From positions 1 through 17,069 of the forward strand of contig JAWOFX010000074.1 of the NCBI GenBank assembly GCA_046497275.1: a stretch of DNA of 17,069 nucleotides, read 5' to 3'. The DNA is from Promethearchaeia archaeon (GTDB lineage: Archaea > Asgardarchaeota > Lokiarchaeia > Sigyniarchaeales > SOKP01). Shown one piece after another: positions 1 through 7,912 of this stretch (the stretch's first letter is position 1; the number at the start of each line of letters is the position of its first letter). A program made the translations under genes and the position numbers. The notes under the pieces were generated by a model that was given only the letters and a program-made list of their open reading frames with translations, was not told the origin of the DNA and did not search any database.

Positions 1-329
1 GTTCCCAAAACTAATTTATTTTCATGAACCAATAGAGTTAAGGAGGGACTTGTTAAAGTACTTTTTATATGTGCATCAGAATTTCCTTCCATATGAGAGA
101 AATTGGCATTTTTAGGAACCATTTTTTTAAGATGTTGGATAATATCTTTTTTTACCGAGGGATCGGCATTTTCATTAATAGTTATCCCAGCAGTTGTATG
201 TGGTACAAAAAGATGGCAAATACCTTCTGAAATTTTACTTTCCTCAACTAAATTCTTAATTTTGTTTGTAATATCCAACAGAATTTCTCTTTCAGGAGTC
301 TTTATATCCACTTTTTTAAATATTATCAT
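1..329 (-). CDS. yjbQ: YjbQ/UPF0047 family protein (secondary thiamine-phosphate synthase enzyme), 3' end runs off the window
   Basis: Not in the ORF track. Manual translation from ATG at 329 gives MIIFKKVDIKTPEREILLDITNKIKNLVEESKISEGICHLFVPHTTAGITINENADPSVKKDIIQHLKKMVPKNANFSHMEGNSDAHIKSTLTSPSLTLLVHENKLVLGT. The motifs HTTAGITINENADP, H-x-EGNSDAHIKS and LVLGT(WQ) are characteristic of YjbQ. Confidence 0.93.
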   Translation of the reverse strand, partial: MIIFKKVDIKTPEREILLDITNKIKNLVEESKISEGICHLFVPHTTAGITINENADPSVKKDIIQHLKKMVPKNANFSHMEGNSDAHIKSTLTSPSLTLLVHENKLVLG

Positions 330-428
330 AGTTATCTCTTAATTCAAAAATTTTTTTCATTTAGTGAACTATCTTACTCACTATTTAATCTTTATTTTAA
401 AAATAATTATAGAAAAATCGAGTTAAAA

Positions 429-1193
429 TCATATAAATTTCCCATGTTTTCCTTTTCCCTTGGAAAAATTGTTGCTTCCTTCCAAATATTCTCCACTCGC
501 AAGTGTTTTTAAACCATATTCAAATTCATTTTTCATAGCTTCTTTTATACTCATACCAAATTGCTCATATGCTGATAAACGATCATTTCTCATACAAGTT
601 TGTGGAAATTTAGCTATTTCTAAAGCTAATTTCTCTGATTCTTTTCGTGAATTCCCATCTTCAACAATTCTATTTGCCAATCCCCAATTTAAGGCTTCTT
701 CAGCCCCAATATCACGTCCAGTCAAAATCATGTCTAATGCCCTACTCAATCCTATAAGTCTAGGTAATCTAACCGTTCCTCCATCAATTAATGGCACACC
801 AAATCTTCTACAAAAAACACCAAAAATCGCTGATTCTTCCATAACACGTAAATCACACCAAAGAGCTAATTCAAGCCCCCCTGCTACGGCATATCCAGAA
901 ACTGCCGCAATAACAGGCTTAGATAACATCATACAACTAGGTCCCATTGGAGCATCTCCTTCCTTCTGTATTCTATTTGTTTCTCCCTCTGCTATCGCTT
1001 TCAGATTCGCTCCAGCACAAAAATTTCCCTCTGATCCCCATAATACTGCAACTAAAGCATCATCATCCTTTTCAAAGTTTCGAAATGCCTCAGCAAGTTT
1101 TTGTGCACTTTTTTTGTCAATTGCATTTCTTACTTCTGGATTTTTAATTATTACTGTGTAGATAGGATAATCCTTTTCTATTTCTATTGACAT
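429..1193 (-). CDS. Enoyl-CoA hydratase/isomerase (crotonase superfamily)
   Basis: 254 aa. Contains VRNAID, oxyanion-hole segments FCAGANLK and AVAGGLELALWCDLR, and GLSRALDMILTGR. Full crotonase length. Confidence 0.95.
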   Translation of the reverse strand: MSIEIEKDYPIYTVIIKNPEVRNAIDKKSAQKLAEAFRNFEKDDDALVAVLWGSEGNFCAGANLKAIAEGETNRIQKEGDAPMGPSCMMLSKPVIAAVSGYAVAGGLELALWCDLRVMEESAIFGVFCRRFGVPLIDGGTVRLPRLIGLSRALDMILTGRDIGAEEALNWGLANRIVEDGNSRKESEKLALEIAKFPQTCMRNDRLSAYEQFGMSIKEAMKNEFEYGLKTLASGEYLEGSNNFSKGKGKHGKFI

Positions 1194-1283
1194 ACACTTA
1201 GATAAGCTAAAAAGATTAAAAAAGATTTTATTAAAAAAAATTATTTAGATTTTTGGGAATCTAAGATATCGATTTTTTGGTAT

Positions 1284-2624
1284 CTAATATTTAGTGAACT
1301 TTCTGATGTAATATACAGCAGAAATTAAAATACCGACTAGGATTGGAATGGTTATAGCTAAAAAGAGTGGCATATTAGAAAGGATAATTTCAAAAAGATT
1401 GATGTCTTGGGCTATACTGTATATTTCTAAAATTGGTCCAATGATTGCTATAATGGTAAAGATTTTAACAAATCGATTTAGTACTTCAGAACGTTTTTGA
1501 GTTAATTCCTCCAATTTCTCATTAACTTCAGATGTTAATAATGCATTTTTCTCTCGTAAAGTCTCCAACATAGGAGTATAATACCACTCGTTATCAATAT
1601 TACGCCACATTATCACTGAACTAGGACTTAAGTTTATTATAGAATCTTTCAGAGTTAATAAAAATAATTCCAGTTGATCGGATAATTTCTTTAAGGAAGC
1701 GAGTTCTGCCTCCAATTCCTTAATCCTGGGTTCACTCTTTCTCTTTGTTTTGAATTTAGCAAACTCGTTGAATAATATCGTATCTAATAAACTAGTGGCA
1801 GCATAATAATATTCAGCAATTTCTATTACCCTTTCCAATCTTATATCTTTCGGTCGATTATTTCTATTATAAATATAGAGAGAAAAATTAAAAGAGGGAT
1901 ATACTTGAGCATATTCATTCAAGGAACAATTACGAGGTCCCTCCATTTGAGATGAAAAGAGGACGTCTTTATAACGATTATAATCCTCTTGAGATATAGG
2001 GTTGTTTGTATCTAATTCAAAAAAAAATATTCTATGATACCATAAGCAAGATCGAATAGGTAGATAATCAAGGCTTTTAATCTTTAATTCTTGACTGATT
2101 TCCTCATAGGAATCAAGAGGAATCATTTCTTCTTCGAGAACTTTTCTTAAATCATTGGTATCATTTTCAATAATCGGATTTAAAATATCACATAATTCAG
2201 ATGTAAAACGTTCTACCAATTCTCTATATTCTTTCACTTCAAATTCCCGGTTTAGATTGACATCGACCTTAGCTCGGAATGTACCAGCACCATAATCATG
2301 AAAAAATAATAGGATTCTTTGAATATCAAAATTAATTCCTTCAAATTCAATTGATCTTTCGATATTAGTGAAGTTCTTACCTATTAAAGAAGGAGGGACC
2401 ATAGTAGTACCACCATATACGGATGAAAATTCTACATCCCACAAAACCTCTCCTTTGTCATCATTTTCGATAAACCATTCTTTTTCATTTGCTTGTTGGA
2501 AGTGTTTAATTATAGAATTTTGAATTTTTGTATATCCTAAATTAATTAAATTGGATGAATCTATGAAGAATCCCGTATAGAATGGTCCGATAAATATTAC
2601 TTTATATTTTCCTTTTATCGTCAT
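1284..2624 (-). CDS. Hypothetical membrane protein with CorA-like architecture (soluble N-domain, long helices, two C-terminal TM segments, no GMN motif)
   Basis: 446 aa ORF. Long amphipathic or coiled-coil helices (IKELEAELASLKKLSDQLELFL, LETLREKNALLTSEVNEKLEELTQKRSEVLNRF) precede two hydrophobic segments (about residues 385-404 and 419-439) and a basic tail RKFTKY. The CDS is secure; the CorA-like call is inference. Confidence 0.6.
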   Translation of the reverse strand: MTIKGKYKVIFIGPFYTGFFIDSSNLINLGYTKIQNSIIKHFQQANEKEWFIENDDKGEVLWDVEFSSVYGGTTMVPPSLIGKNFTNIERSIEFEGINFDIQRILLFFHDYGAGTFRAKVDVNLNREFEVKEYRELVERFTSELCDILNPIIENDTNDLRKVLEEEMIPLDSYEEISQELKIKSLDYLPIRSCLWYHRIFFFELDTNNPISQEDYNRYKDVLFSSQMEGPRNCSLNEYAQVYPSFNFSLYIYNRNNRPKDIRLERVIEIAEYYYAATSLLDTILFNEFAKFKTKRKSEPRIKELEAELASLKKLSDQLELFLLTLKDSIINLSPSSVIMWRNIDNEWYYTPMLETLREKNALLTSEVNEKLEELTQKRSEVLNRFVKIFTIIAIIGPILEIYSIAQDINLFEIILSNMPLFLAITIPILVGILISAVYYIRKFTKY

Positions 2625-2753
2625 TTTAGATAAATATATTGATTAAGTTTTAGATTATAGATGTTAGTATATATTCAACTTAAGACAATATAATTGTTGC
2701 TTAAAATTAGAATGAAAATAGGGCTTAAAAAAAAAATTGAAGTGAAAATAAAT

Positions 2754-2963
2754 CTAATTTTTATATTTTTTTATCATTACTACAATCGCTATCATTGCTA
2801 TACTTGAAATCATAAAGATTATATTATAACCTGGAACAGAAACAGGACCAACATTGAGTTTATAATCAACAGTGGTAGATTCCTGATCGGAATCCTCATT
2901 CAAAAATACGAAATAAACTGAGGGGATTGTGTCTTGTTCTGAAGGATCACAAACTGAATGCAT
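2754..2963 (-). pseudogene. Orphan C-terminal fragment of a surface protein with a Loki-CTERM-like sorting tail
   Basis: 69 aa ending VSVPGY-NIIFMISSIAMIAIVVMI-KKYKN (PGY motif, TM helix, basic cluster). There is no N-terminal signal peptide and only about 40 aa precede the tail. It could alternatively be a real small protein. Confidence 0.55.
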
Positions 2964-2966
2964 TGA

Positions 2967-3179
2967 TCAATATAATGGTGAAATCTCATACATAGAAATT
3001 TCTTGATCCTCTAAAAGGGCCAAAAGTTCAGAACATATCGATTCTTTTATTAAATACCTATCATGCGCTTCCTTTGATAGATTTGATACTAATTGTGGAT
3101 GATATTTTTACTTATATTTAAAGATTTTTTCTCTGATTTTTTCCCGCAAGATGAAATCATTCATGTTTTCTCTATTCAT
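2967..3179 (-). pseudogene. Possible small interrupted gene, in frame with the downstream sorting-tail fragment
   Basis: From ATG 3179: MNRENMNDFILREKIREKIFKYK*(TAA 3110-3108)KYHPQLVSNLSKEAHDRYLIKESICSELLALLEDQEISMYEISPLY*(TGA 2969-2967). Composition looks protein-like, but no family was recognised. Confidence 0.35.
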
Positions 3180-3367
3180 GATATTAATTAATCATATTTT
3201 GATAAATATATTTTATAAAATGAATCTAAATCAATTTAATTTCTAAAAATTTTCAAAAAAAATTGAAAGAAAGTTTTAAGATAATAAGTAGATACATTTG
3301 ATTGAGATAAAAATAAATTGAAAAATTATAAAATTTAAAAAATTGAGATAAAAATCAAAAGATTTTA

Positions 3368-4459
3368 TTATTTGGCTGTAAGTAAATCGCTCATTTCTAA
3401 AAATGTGCTTGTCCTCATCAACGCAGCTTTTAGGAATTGAAAACCTATATCGTATGTAGAACCATCGCCGCCGATATGAATCACATAGGGGATCTCCTCA
3501 TCCATAGTTTCCCCAAACAAGCCCTTTCTCTTAAGGATTTTATATGATGTCGACAGTGCATCAGCGACCGTTGCTCCAGACTCGAACAAATGATGTACCC
3601 ACGGCACTTTCCAAGAGGTCACATTATCTTTCGAAGTCGATACTTCGGAACAGCTTGTATTGTTTACATAAATCATATTATTTCCCGCAACTTGATAAGC
3701 TGCTGTGGCCATTTGGAATAGAACCATTCCTGCTCCACATCCCGGACAGAGACCATGTCCCGGTAGGAGATGCTCTTGAGGCTTCAGTTCTTTCCGATCA
3801 ATACGGTACACATCGTTAGGTTTCTCAGGTCCGAATTGCTCTATAAGTTTTTTCACTTTACTATTTCTCTGTTCTGTACTGAATATTATCTCATTTATCT
3901 CTTTCTCTCTAAATTTTGGTTTGAATAAGTGTCGAAATCGCCCCATGGATTGTAGATATTCTGTAAATGTGTCTTTATCTACGTCAAGACCCCGATAATA
4001 GGAAAAGCTAGGCATTCCCTCTTCAACTCGGATAGTATATAATGGCCAATAACCAGAATCGGTTGCGAGTTTTGAGATCTTAACTGCATCCTTTGCGTCA
4101 TGTCTCCACCCTCGCATACAGTCAGAATATGCTTGAATAAAAGCCGAGCCATCTGTTTTCAATGCTTCCATTATTTTTCCCATTAAATCAATTGGATACG
4201 CAGGATTTACTGTTGCTAAAAATAACTTTTTCGCTCCATAAAATGCAAAGGGGGTGACTAAATCTTGTTTGAGTCCAACTTTGCCCGGAATCTTTTCTCC
4301 AGCCGGTCCCGTCGTGGTGCTTGCGAATGGGGGTGTGGCCCCTGATTCCTGTATACCTGTATTCATAAAGGCTTCATTATCATAGTTTAAGAATAGAACA
4401 TTGCATTTTTCAGTTCGAGCGAGAATATCCTCCATTTTAATTATATTTCGTTCTGACAT
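3368..4459 (-). CDS. porB: 2-oxoacid (pyruvate/2-ketoisovalerate-type):ferredoxin oxidoreductase beta subunit, circularly permuted
   Basis: 363 aa containing all PorB motifs in swapped order. Residues 20-200 carry YDNEAFMNTGIQ, STTTGPAG, DCMRGW, GYWPLY and GRFRHLF. Residues 229-349 carry PGHGLCPGCG, NTSCSEV, WKVPWVH and IGGDGSTYDIGFQ. Confidence 0.93.
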   Translation of the reverse strand: MSERNIIKMEDILARTEKCNVLFLNYDNEAFMNTGIQESGATPPFASTTTGPAGEKIPGKVGLKQDLVTPFAFYGAKKLFLATVNPAYPIDLMGKIMEALKTDGSAFIQAYSDCMRGWRHDAKDAVKISKLATDSGYWPLYTIRVEEGMPSFSYYRGLDVDKDTFTEYLQSMGRFRHLFKPKFREKEINEIIFSTEQRNSKVKKLIEQFGPEKPNDVYRIDRKELKPQEHLLPGHGLCPGCGAGMVLFQMATAAYQVAGNNMIYVNNTSCSEVSTSKDNVTSWKVPWVHHLFESGATVADALSTSYKILKRKGLFGETMDEEIPYVIHIGGDGSTYDIGFQFLKAALMRTSTFLEMSDLLTAK

Positions 4460-4640
4460 AAAATATCAAATCTGTGATGAATATGAAAAAATTTGTTAGT
4501 TATAGTTTTTAATCTCATTAAAATATGACGCTAAGAATTTATAAAATTGTTATAGTTAAAAAATCTAATTTTAAAAACCAGAGATTTCTTTTGCCGTTAG
4601 AAATTTTTCCTTTTGAATAATTCTAAAATTTTTTTTTAAT

Positions 4641-4828
4641 TAGGGTGTATTTTATTCATACATTCTTGATTCACATCCTTTGGTCAGTTTTTTCTAAAAT
4701 AATATCTCTTAATTTATCATTAAGTGAAGATATAATTCTATTTTACTTACAAGTCTTTGAATTTACTAACCCAAGAGATTCCAGAGCTTATGCACCAAAT
4801 CTTAAAAAAACTCTTATAAAACACCCTA
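4641..4828. mobile_element. Candidate MITE or IS relic (about 184 bp core, 4643-4826) with short imperfect terminal inverted repeats and a possible TA duplication
   Basis: Left end TTAGGGTGTATTTTAT (from 4640). Right end ATAAAACACCCTAA (4816-4829), whose reverse complement is TTAGGGTGTTTTAT. The core is flanked by TA at 4641-4642 and 4827-4828 and sits in a 610-bp intergenic gap. No transposase is present. Confidence 0.35.
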
Positions 4829-5069
4829 AGTGAAGATTTTCAATGAACAAATCGATGTAAAATTAAATTTAAGATGTATTAAATTTTGTTTTATAGTTTA
4901 ATAAATTTTATTATTGAATAAAACAGACATTATAAAAACTCTACTAGTAAAAGTTTCCAAATAGAAAACTTTATCACTAAAGATTAATTAAATAATTTAG
5001 TTCTTCAAGAAGAACTTTTATTTATACTATAAAATACAATATATAAAATATATTAAAAAGGTTTTAAAA

Positions 5070-5315
5070 TTGACTAAAGGAACAGTAAAATGGTTTGACA
5101 ACCGCAAAGGCTACGGATTTATTAACTCTGAAGACGGAGAAGATGTATTTGTTCATTACACTGCTATTGAAGGTGATGACGATAACTATAAATCTTTAAA
5201 TGAAGAAGATAAAGTGGAGTTTAAGGTTGTAGAAGGAAAGAAAGGTCCTCAAGCGGAAAATGTCGAAGTAACAGAAAGAGCACCTCAAAAAAGTAGAGGC
5301 AGCTTTCGCTTTTAA
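5070..5315 (+). CDS. csp: Cold-shock domain protein with short basic/aromatic C-terminal tail
   Basis: TTG start. Contains GTVKWFD, RNP1 KGYGFI, RNP2 VFVHY and [10 protein letters not shown], followed by the tail [14 protein letters not shown]. Confidence 0.96.
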   Translation: MTKGTVKWFDNRKGYGFINSEDGEDVFVHYTAIEGDDDNYKSLNEEDKVEFKVVEGKKGPQAENVEVTERAPQKSRGSFRF

Positions 5316-5877
5316 GAAGGATATTTATATCAAATAACATAATGTTTGAAATAGAACTGCGTTATTATTTTGAAAAACAAAATTTTTCATTTCCAAGTAC
5401 TAAATTAATAAGTAGTACGTAATAGTTAAGAAAATTAATTTCCGATTGTTACCGAGACTTATCTTTTTTTTAATTAAATTTTAATTTATGATTGATCTAA
5501 ATGAATAATTTTTATTTTATTATTTTGTATTTTTCAAAATATTATCAATAGGAGGAAGAGAACTAATCTGGAAATTTAAGATATTTTCCTCTATTATTCT
5601 CCAAATTGTTTAAGCAATCTATATTTAGCTTGCCTTAGTTGAATTTTTTATATATATCAAAAAAACTTTTAAAATATTCTAATTCTTAATTCAAAATCCT
5701 AATTTCATTATTTATATAATGGTTATTAGATCTATTATAGATTCAATTTACTTCCTTTATGATATTTAACTAATTTAAAAATACACGATATCATTATATT
5801 TTTTATCGATTCTAAAAATCCTATAAAAAGCATAAAATTATCAAAAAATAAAAATTAGTTAGAAATAATGAGATGAA

Positions 5878-7092
5878 TCACATATTTATTCCATATATTT
5901 TATCTTTGGTTTCACGAACGCCCAGATACATATAGAGCTTGCCGTTCATATCATTCACACTTTCCATTTTTCTTTTTGCGACAGCCAATTCATCCCTAGT
6001 GACATCCCTTCCACCTAAACCAACTATAAAACTTCTGAAAAGTGTTCCTAATGGATACAAAGCAGAAGCTACTGACATTGAAAACGGAGGTAACATTCCA
6101 TTAAGCGAATCTGATTTTTCGAGTATAATTAATTTTTCTAACCCATGATCTTCCACGAGTTTTCGTAATTTTTCATACGGAAATGGTCTGAATGCACGAA
6201 TTTTAATTAAGCCTACATCGGGATTTTTGGTCATCCAACTAATAATATTTCCTGACATAGAACCCATTGTTACAAAAGCCATCTTAGAAGAATTATCCAA
6301 ATTATAGGTTTCGATCAGATTGTATTCTCGTCCGGTGGCCTTTTCGAACCGTTCAAACGCATCTTGCATGATATCTAATACGGGTTCTTTATCGACATCT
6401 AAACTTTTTCGAAACTCCATAAAATAACTTGGAGTGACAATTCCACCCCACGTTCCGGGTTTTTTAGGAGTAATTCTATGTCGTGGCTTTTTAGGTGTTA
6501 ATTTTCTAACAGTTTCATCTGGAATTAGTGTAACATTTTGAACAGAATGGGAAATAATAAATCCATCATGGACAAACATGGTTGGAAATAATGAGTCCTC
6601 AGAAATCATTACAGATAAAATTGCAGCATCATATGTTTCTTGAACATTCTCAGAGACTATGCAATTCCATCCAATTTCGGAATTTGTTTCTGTAAATTCC
6701 CACGTATTCCAAATGGATAAATTCGGAGAATTAAATGCTCTCGCACTTATCATCATTGTTAAGGGAAGTCTCCATCCAACAGCCATTGGAAGAGCTTCAG
6801 TCATTAATAAATATCCTTGCGATGCAGTCGCTGTGAATGTTCGCGCTCCAGTAGCACAAGCAGCTGTAGAATAGCTCATGGCAGCTAATTCAGACTCGAC
6901 ATTTATAAAGGCCGCTTCTAATCTCCCTTGATGGACAACGTCAGATAACCCTTCTACTGCTTGGGTTTGCGGTGTAATTGGAAACGCGCAGATTACATCA
7001 GGATCCGTTTGGGTAACTCCTCCCGCTACCGCATAATTCCCAATCATAGTGGTTTTAATTGGCTCTTTAATTTCTGCAAAAAAAAGCTTCAT
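5878..7092 (-). CDS. porA: 2-oxoacid:ferredoxin oxidoreductase alpha subunit
   Basis: 404 aa. Contains GNYAVA, AFPITPQT (canonical YPITP), VESE with the catalytic Glu, FTATASQG, MFVHDGFIISH, and the C-terminal transketolase-like domain IKIRAFRPFP...FIVGLGGRDVT. Pyruvate versus branched-chain specificity cannot be determined by eye. Confidence 0.95.
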   Translation of the reverse strand: MKLFFAEIKEPIKTTMIGNYAVAGGVTQTDPDVICAFPITPQTQAVEGLSDVVHQGRLEAAFINVESELAAMSYSTAACATGARTFTATASQGYLLMTEALPMAVGWRLPLTMMISARAFNSPNLSIWNTWEFTETNSEIGWNCIVSENVQETYDAAILSVMISEDSLFPTMFVHDGFIISHSVQNVTLIPDETVRKLTPKKPRHRITPKKPGTWGGIVTPSYFMEFRKSLDVDKEPVLDIMQDAFERFEKATGREYNLIETYNLDNSSKMAFVTMGSMSGNIISWMTKNPDVGLIKIRAFRPFPYEKLRKLVEDHGLEKLIILEKSDSLNGMLPPFSMSVASALYPLGTLFRSFIVGLGGRDVTRDELAVAKRKMESVNDMNGKLYMYLGVRETKDKIYGINM

Positions 7093-7264
7093 TGGTTCTA
7101 TGGATATCTTCTATCACCTTTCATTTTATAATTTATGTATAAAAAAATCATTCTTTAAATTACTAATATTATTTAATATTAATTTTTAAACTTTTTACCT
7201 ATAAACTAGCAATTGAATAAACAAAGTAAGGTTAATAACTATTAACCTTTTAAACAAAAAAAAT

Positions 7265-7750
7265 TTAGGTTCGTTTTCGGAGAGGCTTGATTTTATCTTT
7301 CAGTGTAAAATTGGGATCTTCGTTACACGGATAATCAATAGGAGAATCATCTAGCAAATCCTCTATTTTTTGATCTGAGAAACTCAACTTCCACTGGGAG
7401 ACTCCATTTGAAACTTTCTGTTCCAATATTTTTTGATTAGTTAGATGCGTTAAATAACCTCGAATAGTTCTTTTTCGAAGTCCTGTTTCTTTAGAAATTT
7501 GCTTAGTTGTTTTAAATTTCATACTTTCAAGACTTTTCAGTATGTCTCTTAATGTGTCTATTTTCGTAGTTCTTGACTTGAACAGATATTTAGCACCACT
7601 GATTTCTTTTATTTTTGCTGCGGCTTCGGGGTATGTATTAATTTCGGGATAATAGTTCAAGAATGCTATGGCATCGTTCAAACCCATTTTAAATAGCATA
7701 TCTCTGAAAACTGTGCTATTAGCGGTTTTTTCACGGTATCCAACTTCCAT
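7265..7750 (-). CDS. Winged helix-turn-helix domain protein, putative transcription regulator
   Basis: The segment LRDILKSL...TTKQISKETGLRKRTIRGYLTHLTNQKILEQKVSNGVSQWKL matches the wHTH pattern. The start codon is uncertain because the frame stays open for 13 more codons upstream. Confidence 0.75.
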   Translation of the reverse strand: MEVGYREKTANSTVFRDMLFKMGLNDAIAFLNYYPEINTYPEAAAKIKEISGAKYLFKSRTTKIDTLRDILKSLESMKFKTTKQISKETGLRKRTIRGYLTHLTNQKILEQKVSNGVSQWKLSFSDQKIEDLLDDSPIDYPCNEDPNFTLKDKIKPLRKRT

Positions 7751-7912
7751 TAGAATGTTTTTAATTAGTTCAGAAATTCTTAAGAATTCTTATATTTAAG
7801 ACCGATCCTTTTCTATTCTATACTGGCTAGAAAAGCCTCTCCTTTTATAAAGAGTAAGGAATTTCCAGATTTGGAATATTTTTTATAGATAACACATTTT
7901 ATTTTTTTAGAT

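Noticed and set aside
2967-2969. In-frame TGA as selenocysteine
   Set aside because: There is no redox motif context, no recognisable selenoprotein family, a second in-frame TAA lies upstream, and no SECIS-like hairpin was seen.
3301-3355. 14-bp direct repeat ATTGAGATAAAAAT (3301-3314 and 3342-3355)
   Set aside because: Only two copies in extremely A-rich DNA, with no array structure, so it is not CRISPR-like and is plausibly chance.
5316-5877. Structured ncRNA in the long gap between convergent csp and porA
   Set aside because: There is no GC-rich island. Only one imperfect hairpin (AATAGGAGGAA...TTCCTCTATT) and a 26-codon ORF without features were seen.
7093-7130. AGGTGA SD-like motif and 8-codon upstream ORF before porA
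   Set aside because: The motif is about 22 nt from the ATG, too far for a normal SD, and the tiny ORF has no regulatory signature. It may only indicate an uncertain start site.
7775-7788. Perfect palindrome AATTCTTAAGAATT upstream of the wHTH gene
   Set aside because: A few 14-bp palindromes are expected by chance in 17 kb at this AT content, and no second copy was found.
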